This document shows, one piece after another, positions 1 to 10,751 of a stretch of DNA of 64,000 nt; within the stretch, counting starts at the first letter, position 1; every line of letters starts with the position of its first letter. A program made the position numbers and the translations under genes. The stretch is from NCBI GenBank assembly GCA_040954595.2, contig CM082597.2, forward strand, positions 8,390,343 through 8,454,342. The letters are read 5' to 3'. The DNA comes from Balanoglossus misakiensis. Its lineage: Eukaryota > Animalia > Hemichordata. The notes under the pieces were generated by a model that saw nothing but the letters and a program-made list of their open reading frames with translations, had not been told where the DNA came from and did no database searches.

Positions 1-3000
1 AAAGCATGAGTTGGTGTCGCTTGCCGAATATCTTGAGCTTGTTGTACGACCATCCATGAAAAAACAAGAGTTGAAAAATATCATTGTAAAGGCTCTTGTT
101 GAACAAGGGAAATTTGGGGTTGAAGCACTGGAAATTGTTGAATCTAAGCATGAAGGTGATACGGTTAAAATAAGGCGGTTGGAGTTGGATCACCAGTATA
201 GAATGATGCAATTGGAATATAAAGAAAGAGAAAGACAAAAAGAATTAGAAATTCAGGAAATGAAATTTAGAACGGGTAAGCAGGAGACAACTGAGTTTGG
301 GGACAGACAAAATTCATCAGTGGGGTCCTTTCCTTATTTTGATGCAGCAAAGTATGTTCGACTGGTTCCTCAATTTCATGAAAAGGAGGTCGACAATTAT
401 TTCCAGCATTTCGAAAAAATTGCTTACAGCCTTAAATGGCCAAAAGATGTTTGGACCATACTGTTGCAGAGCGTCTTAATTGGAAAAGCCCGTGAAGCAT
501 TCACTGCCTTACCTCTTGATCAAAGTAGCGATTACGATCGTGTTAAAGATGCAATTCTCAAGTCATACGAACTAGTACCTGAAGCATACAGGCAAAAGTT
601 CAGAAATGTACAAAAGCGGAATGACCAAACTCATGTTGAATTTGCCAGAGAAAAGGAAAGATTGTTTGATAGATGGTTAACTGCAAAGGGAGTTAATCAG
701 AATTTTGATAAACTTAGGGAACTCATGTTGATCGAAGAGTTTAAACAATGTGTTCATTCTGATGTCAACACTCATCTTGATGAGCATAAGGTTGACGCAT
801 TGCATGAAGCAGCTACTGTGGCTGATGATTATGCTTTAACTCATAAGCTAAGCTATGCCAGGAGTAATATAGCAGGTCAAAGTAAAACTTTTGGTTTCCG
901 ACCTCCCCATCAGACTAAGAGTATTGAAAATAAACCTGTGAATTCTAAAGTAAAAGAAAGTAGTCCTAATTTTGGAGAAAAGACTAAGGACGGGATGTTT
1001 AAACCCATGCCAACGTGCGCCTATTGTAAAAAGAAGGGGCATCTTATTTCCGAATGTTGGTTTCTGCAAAGGAAAGGGAATAAGGTTAAAGTAGAGTCTA
1101 CCGCCTGCACTGTAACTGAAAAATGTGTCCAACCACTGAATGTGTCTAAAGTGCAAAGAATGGATGAAGTACCAAGAATAAAGGAAGAATTTAAGCCCTT
1201 TGGTTTTGATGGATTTGTATCATTGATAGGGGATGAAGCCAATCTACAACCCATAAAGATATTGCGTGATACTGCAGCCTCGCAGACATTGCTGTTAGAT
1301 AGTGTGTTATCTTTGTCTGAAATGAGCTCTGCTAAGTCTGATGTACTAATTAAGGGGGTAGAATTGGGTTATATTAATGTGCCTTTACACACTATAAATT
1401 TGCAGTCAAATTTAATATCAGGATCTGTTAAAGTTGGGGTGAGACCCACTTTGCCCATAGAGGGTATTTCTATGTTGCTAGGCAATGATTTGGCTGGAGG
1501 GAAAGTGTTCCCCGATCCAATTGTAACTAAAGAACCTAGTACTAATGACAGTGTATGTGATGATATTGAGATTTTCCCTGCTTGTGTTGTGACCAGGGCC
1601 ATGAGCCAAAGGGCTTCGACTGAAGAAGCTGTAAAGAAAGATGTAATAGATGAAGTTGACGATAATTTTGATGTCAACTTAGAGGATACGTTTCTTTCTA
1701 ATGTAGGTAAACTTAAAAGTGAGTGTTCCTCTCCTTTGACTGACAAAAATCAAGATGTTTCGAATCAGCCTAATCAAAAGTATGCTAAAACTGAGGGAAA
1801 GTTTAGTCGTGCTGGGCTTATTGCTGAACAGGAAGCTGATCCTGAAATTGTTAATTTAAGTAAGAGGTCCTTGGCCCTCAGTGAAATTGGTAAAGTACCC
1901 GTATGTTTCTATACAAAGGATGGTATTCTTTTCAGAAAATGGCGACCACCTGATGCGTCAACTGAGGATGAATGGAGAATTGTTCATCAAATAGTTGTGC
2001 CTAAATTGTATCGAAAAGAGATAATCAGCTTGGCTCATGATAATGTTATGAGTGGGCATCTAGGTATAAATAAAACGCATGATAAGATTATAAATCATTT
2101 CTATTGGCCAAATTTGAGACGGGATGTGGCTAAATATTGCAGATCGTGTCATCCATGTCAGATGGTTGGGAAACCCAATCAAAAGGTACCAGTTGCACCT
2201 TTAAGGCCCATTCCTGCTTTTTCTGTGGCATTTAGTCGAGTTTTGATAGATTGTGTTGGCCCTTTGCCAAAAACAAAATCAGGAAATGAGTACTTACTAA
2301 CCATAATGTGTTCGTCTACGCGATTTCCAGAAGCAATACCACTAAGAAGTATTAATGCATCGAAGATAGTGAAAGCACTGACCAAGTTTTTCACTTTTGT
2401 AGGACTTCCCAAATCAATACAGTCAGATCAAGGATCAAATTTCATGTCCGGTCTGTTTCAACAGGTTATGCACCAATTGGGCATAAAACAGTACAAGTCT
2501 AGTGCATATCATCCTGAATCTCAGGGGGCACTTGAACGTTTCCATCAGACTTTGAAGAATATGATACGTACTTACTGTTTTGAATACAATAAAGACTGGG
2601 ATGAGGGAATTCATTTGTTGTTGTTTGCAGTTAGGGAATCAGTTCAAGAATCGACTGGTTTTAGTCCCTTTGAGTTGGTTTTCGGACACACAGTTCGTGG
2701 ACCCTTGAAATTCCTTTATGAGAGTTGGTTGTGTAAGGAGACCGAAATGAATCTTCTGGATTTTGTATCAAATTTTAGAGATAAGCTGAAAAGAGCGTGC
2801 GAAATAGCCAAAGAAAATCTCAGAGGAAGTCAAAAGAAAATGAAACAGTGGTATGATATTAATGCTAGAAGCCGGAATTTTAAACCAGGGGATAAAGTTT
2901 TGGTGCTTTTTCCAATCCAGGGGCGTCCCTTGCAAGCCAGATTTTACGGCCCTTGTGAAATTGAATCTAAGATCAGCGATGTTGACTATACTGTTAAGAC

Positions 3001-4606
3001 ACCAGGGCGACGTAAAGCAAAGCAGCTATGCCATGTAAATATGCTGAAAGAATACATAGAAAGAGATTTGCATGAAACAAAGCCAGTTTTGACATCAATT
3101 TCTATGGGTAATGATCATGGTAGTCATGATAAAGATGATGCTAATGAGAGCGAGGTCAAGGGGTTTGTTCATGATGTCAAGTTGAGTAATTCAGAAATAC
3201 TTGCAAATATAGAAGATAAATTGTGTCATCTTACTAAAGAACAAGGGGAAGAGTTGGAATGTTTGTTGCAGGAATTTACACATTTGTTTTCTGATGTACC
3301 TGGTAAAACTGATAAAATGTGTCATGATGTAGATGTTAATAATGCACCCCCCATAAAACAGCATCCTTTCCGGGTAAATCCTGTGAAGCTACAACATATG
3401 AAATCTGAGATTGATTACATGTTGCAGAATGACATCATAGAACCGAGTTGTAGTCCATGGAGTTCACCATGTATACTTGTGCCTAAACCGGGTGGTTTGT
3501 ATCGTTTCTGCACAGATTACCGTAAAGTGAATTCTGTTACAAAGACCGATTCATATCCAATGCCTAGAATCGATGACTGCATTGACAAAATTGGTCAAGC
3601 TAAATTTGTAAGCAAGTTTGACCTATTGAAGGGGTATTGGCAAATTCCACTCACTGAAAGAGCTAAAGAAATCTCGGCTTTTGTTACACCCAATGGTCTA
3701 TATCAATATAAAGTCATGCCATTTGGCATGAAAAATGCACCAGCCTCGTTCCAACGCCTTATTAATCGTATCATCTATGACTTAGAGGGCTGTGAAGGGT
3801 TTGTTGATGACGTCAGTGTTTATGCAAATACCTGGGAGCAGCACCTACTGCGATTGCGCAAGTTTTTTGAAAGGTTAACTGAGGCCAAACTTACAGTAAA
3901 TTTGGGTAAAAGTGAGTTTTGTCATGCTACTATAAGTTACCTTGGTCATGTTGTGGGGCATGGTCAGACAAAGCCCATACTTGCTAAAGTTGAAGCAGTT
4001 CTAGATTTTCCAACACCAGGAAATAAGAAAGCATTGATGAGATTTCTCGGCATGGCTGGTTATTATCGACGCTACTGTCGAAATTTTGCAACCATTGCCG
4101 AGCCATTGACCAACTTACTGCGTAAGGATAACAAATGTATTTGGTCAGAAGATTGCCAGTCTGCATTTAACAAAATTAAAGCAGTACTTTCTCACTCTCC
4201 AGTTCTTGCAATCCCAGAATTTGACAAGCAGTTTAAATTGTGTGTGGATGCTAGTGATGTTGCTGTTGGTGCAGTTTTGACGCAACAGAACGCAGATGGT
4301 GTTGACCACCCAATTGGTTATTTCTCCAAGAAACTTAATGTACACCAGAGAAAGTATTCGACAATTGAAAAGGAATGTTTGGCTGTATTGCTAGCTTTAC
4401 AACATTTCGATGTGTATTTAAGTTCCACAGTGCATCCAATCCTTGTATTCACTGATCATAATCCATTGACCTTCATCCACAAAATGAAGAATAGGAATCA
4501 AAGATTAATGAGATGGAGTTTAACACTCCAAGAATATGATTTGGCAATAGCCCACATAAAAGGTAAAGACAATGTAATTGCAGATGCATTGTCGAGAGGA
4601 TTTTGA
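1..4606 (+). CDS. Gypsy LTR retrotransposon Gag-Pol polyprotein, Gmr1-like domain order (Gag/SCAN-like, CCHC, protease, integrase, RT, RNase H); 5' end outside the window
   Basis: Uninterrupted ORF of at least 1531 aa, open to the window start. Motifs in order: capsid YFQHFEKIA..WPK, zinc knuckle CAYCKKKGHLISEC, protease LRDTAAS, integrase HHCC (HDNVMSGH..CRSCHPC) with IDCVGP/SDQG/LERFH and GPY-like FYGPC, RT (FDLLKGYWQ, MPFG, FVDD), RNase H (VDASD, EKECLA, TDH, ADALSR). Confidence 0.96.
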   Translation, partial: KHELVSLAEYLELVVRPSMKKQELKNIIVKALVEQGKFGVEALEIVESKHEGDTVKIRRLELDHQYRMMQLEYKERERQKELEIQEMKFRTGKQETTEFGDRQNSSVGSFPYFDAAKYVRLVPQFHEKEVDNYFQHFEKIAYSLKWPKDVWTILLQSVLIGKAREAFTALPLDQSSDYDRVKDAILKSYELVPEAYRQKFRNVQKRNDQTHVEFAREKERLFDRWLTAKGVNQNFDKLRELMLIEEFKQCVHSDVNTHLDEHKVDALHEAATVADDYALTHKLSYARSNIAGQSKTFGFRPPHQTKSIENKPVNSKVKESSPNFGEKTKDGMFKPMPTCAYCKKKGHLISECWFLQRKGNKVKVESTACTVTEKCVQPLNVSKVQRMDEVPRIKEEFKPFGFDGFVSLIGDEANLQPIKILRDTAASQTLLLDSVLSLSEMSSAKSDVLIKGVELGYINVPLHTINLQSNLISGSVKVGVRPTLPIEGISMLLGNDLAGGKVFPDPIVTKEPSTNDSVCDDIEIFPACVVTRAMSQRASTEEAVKKDVIDEVDDNFDVNLEDTFLSNVGKLKSECSSPLTDKNQDVSNQPNQKYAKTEGKFSRAGLIAEQEADPEIVNLSKRSLALSEIGKVPVCFYTKDGILFRKWRPPDASTEDEWRIVHQIVVPKLYRKEIISLAHDNVMSGHLGINKTHDKIINHFYWPNLRRDVAKYCRSCHPCQMVGKPNQKVPVAPLRPIPAFSVAFSRVLIDCVGPLPKTKSGNEYLLTIMCSSTRFPEAIPLRSINASKIVKALTKFFTFVGLPKSIQSDQGSNFMSGLFQQVMHQLGIKQYKSSAYHPESQGALERFHQTLKNMIRTYCFEYNKDWDEGIHLLLFAVRESVQESTGFSPFELVFGHTVRGPLKFLYESWLCKETEMNLLDFVSNFRDKLKRACEIAKENLRGSQKKMKQWYDINARSRNFKPGDKVLVLFPIQGRPLQARFYGPCEIESKISDVDYTVKTPGRRKAKQLCHVNMLKEYIERDLHETKPVLTSISMGNDHGSHDKDDANESEVKGFVHDVKLSNSEILANIEDKLCHLTKEQGEELECLLQEFTHLFSDVPGKTDKMCHDVDVNNAPPIKQHPFRVNPVKLQHMKSEIDYMLQNDIIEPSCSPWSSPCILVPKPGGLYRFCTDYRKVNSVTKTDSYPMPRIDDCIDKIGQAKFVSKFDLLKGYWQIPLTERAKEISAFVTPNGLYQYKVMPFGMKNAPASFQRLINRIIYDLEGCEGFVDDVSVYANTWEQHLLRLRKFFERLTEAKLTVNLGKSEFCHATISYLGHVVGHGQTKPILAKVEAVLDFPTPGNKKALMRFLGMAGYYRRYCRNFATIAEPLTNLLRKDNKCIWSEDCQSAFNKIKAVLSHSPVLAIPEFDKQFKLCVDASDVAVGAVLTQQNADGVDHPIGYFSKKLNVHQRKYSTIEKECLAVLLALQHFDVYLSSTVHPILVFTDHNPLTFIHKMKNRNQRLMRWSLTLQEYDLAIAHIKGKDNVIADALSRGF

Positions 4607-4682
4607 ACACATGCATGTACATGTACTTTGTGATATTCAACTTTGTATTTTTTGAAGTTTTCATTGTATTCAAACTTTTTCC

Positions 4683-4693
4683 AAAGGGGGAGG
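4683..4693 (+). promoter_or_regulatory. Polypurine tract (plus-strand primer)
   Basis: AAAGGGGGAGG immediately before the LTR start TGTTACG. Confidence 0.85.
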
Positions 4694-5266
4694 TGTTACG
4701 ACACACCCTGTTTAGTTGCTTGGTCGAGAGAGGGGTAGCTTTTCTTTGCATAACAAAGGGCCCTGCCTTTTGAAGTAGTTCATTTAAATATTGGTAATAA
4801 CCAGATGGTCACCCATATGAAAGGCCTTCTCACCAAAACCACGAGGCACACTTCTCAACACGGACTCGGAGGAGCACGTAGCTGTCGTAGCTCCAGCTCC
4901 ACATCGCCTTGGGAATTAGGAATTTACCTAGCTGGGCTGGATTCTGTGAGCAACCGACTTCATGAGCAACGGATTTTGTGTGAGCAACGGACTTTGTGTG
5001 AGCAACGGACTTTCTGTGAGCAACTGGATTCTGTGAGTAAATGGCTTCTGTGAACGACGGACTTGGTCAGCAACGGACTTCTGTGCCTTGAGTTCGGCCA
5101 GGACTTTTGTGGACTCGGTAACTCCTCGACCAAGCAGGGTAAAAACACGCAGTGAACATTTTCTTTTGTGTGACCTTTTGATTTTAGAAGGCTAGTTGTT
5201 TAATTAAATATTCTGTTGTTGAACCACATTCTCCATTGTGTGCTCCCGGTTTTTTCTACCGTAACA
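4694..5266 (+). mobile_element. 3' LTR of the Gmr1-like element (about 573 bp)
   Basis: Begins TGTTACG and ends CGTAACA (7-bp terminal inverted repeat), follows the PPT, contains ATTAAA near 5202, and abuts another Gypsy pol. Confidence 0.9.
4938..5086 (+). repeat. Degenerate ~18-bp tandem repeat inside the LTR
   Basis: About 8 units resembling TGTGAGCAACGGACTTTG. Confidence 0.85.
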
Positions 5267-7790
5267 GCGGTTTATGTGCTGTGATGATTCTGAATCTGGG
5301 TGCTCCCAACAGATATATGCGGAATCTGTTCTTCGCCCATTTCACTGCTAAAGCATCTTTCTCAGTCTGGCTGTATCTTTTCTCAGCGCTTGTCAAAGTG
5401 CGACTGATGAAGTGAACTGGTCTCAGGCCTTTCTCACTCTGCTGGAAAAGTCCTGCTGACAGTCCTTCATGGTAACTAGCTTCTACTCTTACTGTGATGG
5501 GTTTCGATGGGTTGAAGTAAGCCATAGTATCTTCATTTGTGATACTGTCTTTGAGGTTCTGGAAAGCTGCGTTTTCCTTCTGTCCCCATCTGAAATGGAC
5601 ATCTTTGTGAGTAAGCTCTCTCAGGGGTGCTGTCAGTGATGTGTACCGTGGTAAAAACTTCGAGAGATATCTGATCATTCCCAGGAAGCTTCTCACTGCC
5701 TCCTTGGATTTTGGTGCTTTGCATTCTTTCACAGCTCGGACTTTCTCTGGTGTTGGCTTGAGTCCATCTTTCGTGAATCGGTATCCGTAGAATTCAATCT
5801 CCTCAACTCCAAATTTGCATTTGTCAAGGTTGAATGTGATCCCGAAATCCTGTGCTCTCTGTAGGACTGTTTCTAGTGTTTTGTTGTGTTCTTCTACTGA
5901 ACGGCCTCCCAAGAGGATGTCATCGCGTTGGTTGAGACATCTTGGTATGTCACCAAATATTCTGTATATTGTCTCGTCAAACAAATCTTGTGATGACTTG
6001 GCTCCAAAGATCAGTCGTTTCGGCCTCATGTTGCCCCATGGTGTGCTGAAAGTTGCTACTGCTCGAGATTCTGGATCTAGCAAGAGTTGGTGATATCCCT
6101 GCCTCATATCAAGCTTGGAGAATATCACACAGTCGTTGAACTTGTGCTCAAAATCTTCCACTATTGGGCTCTGGGTGATTCTGTTTCTCTCCATGTACTG
6201 ATTTGGTACTCTCAAGTCTACACTTGCTCTGATCATGTGTGGCTCTAGGTTTTCCCTTAGTGTCTCATGGAATCTTGGTTTTGGTTGTACTACAAGGGGT
6301 GAACACCATGTCACTGGTTCTCCTTGTGGAACTTCTTCAAAGATTTCTTCTTGTATACAGTGCTCCAGCCATTTCTTTAGTGGTTTCTGCAGGTAGTATG
6401 CCACAGGTCTGGGTTTCTGGGCTACTGGTACTGCTTCTTGCTTCATGCTGAACTTGGCATAAATTTCTCTATCATTCTTCATATCTCTTATTCTTCCAAT
6501 TCCCTGGAATACATTTCCGTATTTCTCTGTTATCTCTTTCACTTGTTTGTCCAGTATTTCACTCTTCACTGTTTTGATGTCTTGATTTTCTTTTATTCGT
6601 AGATTGTTGACCTCTGTCAGCGATCCATCTGGTTTTATTTGCATCATACCCAATTCAGTTAGTGTGTTCCTGCTCAGCAGTGGTGGTGAATTTATCCTAC
6701 CTCTGACTACGATGAACTTGGCTTTCACTCCACAGGTTTTGTTTCTCACTATGGTAGAGAATTCGCCTTTCACTGGTAATCGATCTTGCAAAGTGTTTAG
6801 CTTTGTGTGACTGTCCTGTAGTTTGATCTCATCGCTGGATCTGTGTTGTAACGCTTTGAACAGATGTTCATCCATGACATTTACCTCAGCTCCGGTGTCA
6901 GGTTCCTTCTGTGCATCAACATCATTTATTCTGACTGTGACAGTTTTTCCTGTGTAAGTTTCATTTGCTCTTTTGATACCTTTGACGTGTTTAATTGCAT
7001 GCTCAAAGTAGTCGTCATCTGAACTTGTATTGCTGTCTTGCTCTTTTGTTGAAGTTTTCTTTATTCTTCTCTGCTGTTTTCTATAGTCACCTTTCTCTTG
7101 GGCACTGCTAAGTGTCTTTCTGCTTCTATACCCTGTGTCTTTACTTCCTCTGTCTGGATCTGCTCTACACACAGAAGCGAAGTGGTTTCTCTTTTGGCAT
7201 TTCCTGCATTGTTTACCAAAAGCAGGGCAGTTCTGTCCTTCTTTATGAACTCCAGTCAGTCCACAATATGTACACTGTTTACCATCATGTGCAGGTGTCT
7301 GTTTTCTTTTCTCGGGTTTTCCGTGTTTCTTGGTTTGTCTGTATTGTCTCACTTTTGCGACACTTCTCTCACCTGACTGTTTCATATCACGCATTTGTAG
7401 TGAGGTGTCCTCCATTTGCGCTGCTTCAGTCAGTAACTGAGTAAGAGACCATTTCTTGTTTATTGCTTTCTGTATCAGGGTGCAATTGTCAATTGTCTGG
7501 ATGATATGTTCCAGAATTCTCTCTTCACAACTCGTGCCGAATTCATACTCGTTGGCTTTTTCTCTCAATCTGGCTGCGTATGCGACAGTGCTTTCATTTG
7601 TTGTCGGAGTCATTTTGAGAAATAAATACCTTGCGTGGTGTTTATTCTTCTTTGGCGTGTAGTACTCATTTAGTTTCGTTTTCAACTTCTCATAGACGTT
7701 TTCTCCCTCTGTGGGGTCAGGTAAACTTTTCTCGAGTCTCGCTATCTCTTTTCCTCCATAGATTATCATGGCATCTTTCTTATCTGTACA
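5267..7790 (-). mobile_element. Second Gypsy element (gag-PR-RT-RNase H), 5'-truncated and interrupted in RNase H by the Gmr1-like LTR
   Basis: Two zinc knuckles (CTYCGLTGVHKEGQNC, CRKCQKRNHFASVC), protease PDTGAEV, RT (LDMRQGYHQ, LIFG, NQRDD), RNase H (VEASY, RYSQTEKDAL, ITAHKPL). The ORF is cut at HKPL by the LTR end. Confidence 0.93.
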
Positions 7791-7924
7791 CTGTGTTGCT
7801 GCACAAAAATGTCTTGGCATGAACACACTGCATGTGCTTATCACCCTCAAAGCCAAAAGTGCTCTGCATGTGCTTATAACAATCAAAGCCAAAAGTGCTC
7901 TAACACAAGATATATTATTCATTA

Positions 7925-8275
7925 AAGGGACAAAGTCTCTCTTCTTCCCCATTTTTAATTAATTATGTTTGATACAAGACACCGTTTATGTTATTCTACA
8001 TGTGGATTTATAGGGAATCGACGTTCAACCACACACTACTTCCATCCCACTTGTAGACGAGAGGGGAAAATCTCGCCAAAATGAATAATCAGTCTCTACC
8101 ATTTATTCATTTTGGGCGAGTTTTTATTTTCATATAATACAAGCAGGATGGAAGTTGTGTGTGGTTGAACGTTCATTCACTACATGTACATATACACATG
8201 TACATTAACATAAACAGTGTCTTATATCAGACATAATTAATTGGAATGGGGCAGCGAGAGAGAGACTTTGTCCCT
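7925..8275. mobile_element. Palindromic ~350-bp MITE with TTAA TSD and AGGGACAAAGTCTCTCT termini (Kolobok-like); other copies at ~9146-9496, 25258-25612, 27930-28279, 44179-44526, partials at 13146 and 33095
   Basis: ttaa|agggacaaagtc...gactttgtccct|ttaa, with long internal inverted symmetry, repeated at several loci in the window. Confidence 0.85.
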
Positions 8276-8651
8276 TTAAATCCACCAATCAAAGTAACTT
8301 ACATCACATATACATGTTGTACAGGGATCATCTTGAAGAGTCCACATGTCACCATGGTGATACGTTGTGCCATCAATGACCCGACAGTCTAAACAAAGAG
8401 ACAAAGAAGACATTTTATACAGTGCTATGTCACTCTGGTTGAAGACATGATGATATGGCCAACAGGAATACCATTATCTGGGTGTTCAAATTATATAGAA
8501 TTCTTCTGTTTTGCGGTATTAAAATTGTGTTTTATATTTTGTCATTTTTCTGATCAATATACTGGTATTGTGTAAAATTCGATCGATTGATTGGTGTGTG
8601 CTTTGTTCACAGCCTGAGCACTTACTCAGCAATTGATAACCCATACAGGAA

Positions 8652-9931
8652 AGATCACAACAAGTGATGACTCATAGAGGAGGAACCACAGCATGTGATG
8701 ACTCATCTAACCTGTCCACTTACCTAGACATTTAGGACAGCACTGCCCTGGTACACTTGCAAAATTAGAACATGTTGTGGCTTCACACACTGTTAAATTA
8801 CAAGTCAAAGTACCATCCTGTAAATACAAATTATTTAATGGGTTATTATTATAGAAATTATGGACGACCATTGACCCTGACCCTGACCATTGATACTTTT
8901 AATAGTAAAGGAATGTATGTGTGCACCAATGTTCATGATGCATGTAGACTAGACAATGTTTCTCCTACGTGTATTAGTGGAACATTTTTGTTTCGGTTAT
9001 AAGGTCTCTGTACGTATGATTTTTAGTTTGTATGCATTTTTCCACAGCTTATGCGTACAGTGTAGGTCTTGGCATGAACACACTGCGTGTGCTTATAACC
9101 CTCAAAGCCAAAAGTGCTTTAACACAAGATGTATTCTTCATTAAAAGGACAAAGTCTCTCTCTCGCAGCCCTTTATCCATTAATTATGTTTGATACAAGA
9201 CACCGTTTATGTTATTGTACATGTGGATATATAGTGAATCAACGTTCAACCACCCACAATTTCTATCCTGTTTGTAGACACGAGAGTGAAAAACTCGCCG
9301 AAATAAATAATTGGTCTCTACCATTTATCCATTTTGGGCGAGTTTTTACTCTCATATCCTACGAACGGGATGGAAGTTGTGTGTGGTCGAAAGTTGATTC
9401 ACTACATGTATATATCCACATGTAGAATAACATAAACAATGTCTTGTATCAAACATAATTAATGGAAAGGGGCAGCTAGAGAGAGAGACTTTGTGCAGTG
9501 ATGAGAACTTACCAGACACAAGCAGGATCTACACACATCACCAAGAGGGTTGAAGCGATCATCATCAGCATACAAGATATTATTGTATTCACACAGACTA
9601 CAGTCTGGACAGCAATCAGAAGCTGTGTACAGTCCATGCTCACATGTTACTGGGCACTCTAATTCTGTACAGGTAATCTTGGAATCAGGCTGAAAGAGGA
9701 ACGACAACTATCAGGTTCATACTGTAAAACACTTTACTTTCACGAGTTGAAATTTTCACGATATCGAGAGAGGCCACTGTTTCGCGAGTATTAATTTTCA
9801 CATTCTCTTATTTCATTCACTGCATCGTTATCTTCAAAAAAATGTTATGCGACTTTTTATTTTCACGCTATTTTGGCTCTCGTGTATTTCGCGAAAATTT
9901 ATTGCTCGCAAAAATAAAGTATTTTACAGTA
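8652..9931 (+). repeat. Segmental duplicate of 43655-44945
   Basis: Near-identical intron, MITE and VWC exon sequence; ORFs 8772/43775, 9129/44163 and 9459/44395 match. Confidence 0.93.
9722..9929. mobile_element. TA-flanked CTGTAAAA...TTTTACAG MITE (Tc1/mariner-pogo type); copies at ~19089, 19839-20014, 22306-22514, 27000-27150, 31085-31275, 33884-34089, 34322-34520, 34563-34768, 44754-44943
   Basis: ta|ctgtaaaa...ttttacag|ta termini with internal TTTTCGCG/CGCGAAAA motifs; about 10 copies. Confidence 0.82.
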
Positions 9932-10751
9932 TCAGTTAGCGATACCGTCTTTTCCAAAACATGGTGATGTACAGCAAATAAGTAGACGTGACATAGCCTA
10001 CACCGTAGCCTGGCCAATCCATGTCTTTGTCAGAAACACTTTCACTGATGTCATACTCAGGTTTTTTACGTGTAACCAATGATATCTATGACTTTTAGTA
10101 TTTGGGTAATTTTCTCAGATTAAAACACTCGATAAAATTATTATATTAACTTACTGTACAAAGACAAGTTATGCAGCCATCTTTGATTGTGTTCATATTC
10201 CGTATATACTGACCATCATACAGACAATCTGCAAAGAATTAATAACATAGTGATCACATTTCGTGTAAAAAATCCATTCTGGTCAATCAGATTTCAGTTA
10301 AGGAGAGTACTTACTAAAACAGAAGTTATTCATAACCATTTGCCAAGTGAATGTTTTCAAGTGGTTTGAGAAAATGCTATGCAGCCATGCACAGTTTTCT
10401 ATATCCACTAGATATGTTTAACTCAGCTGTAATTCATTAAAGCCTAAGTATTTCTCGTGTTTATCCATTTTTCATCATCGAAAATTGCCCGTTTTTCGCA
10501 TACATTCATCATGGAATACTACATAATGAAGATATAAGAAAGGTTTGGGCAATTGTAGCTACATGTATATGTTTTCAATTCCTTTGATTTTAAGAATACT
10601 CCTTAGATTCTGTTAAAAACCTTTATGAATCTTTCAGTTTTGTTATAATGAAAAAATACTGGTGCATATTAGGTACATCTGTATAATGTATGTGCACACT
10701 TGAACAAATCAAACACTATTACATAACAAGAGAACATATTCGACTGCTTAC

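Larger units (their letters stand above)
8303..10228 (-). pseudogene. VWC (chordin/kielin-like) repeat exons at 10154-10228, 9513-9689 and 8303-8388
   Basis: AG/GT-bounded exons encode CLYDGQYIRNMNTIKDGCITCLCT | PDSKITCTELECPVTCEHGLYTASDCCPDC...CRSCLCL | CRVIDGTTYHHGDMWTLQDDPCTTCIC. The exon chain is incomplete. Confidence 0.75.

Noticed and set aside
4938-5086. CRISPR-like short repeat array
   Set aside because: Units are head-to-tail with no unique spacers, lie within an LTR, and there are no cas genes in this eukaryotic context.
7790-7952. Hydrophobic N-terminus of the 898-aa ORF as a signal peptide or env-like leader
   Set aside because: It is read-through into host intron and MITE sequence duplicated at 9067 and 44100.
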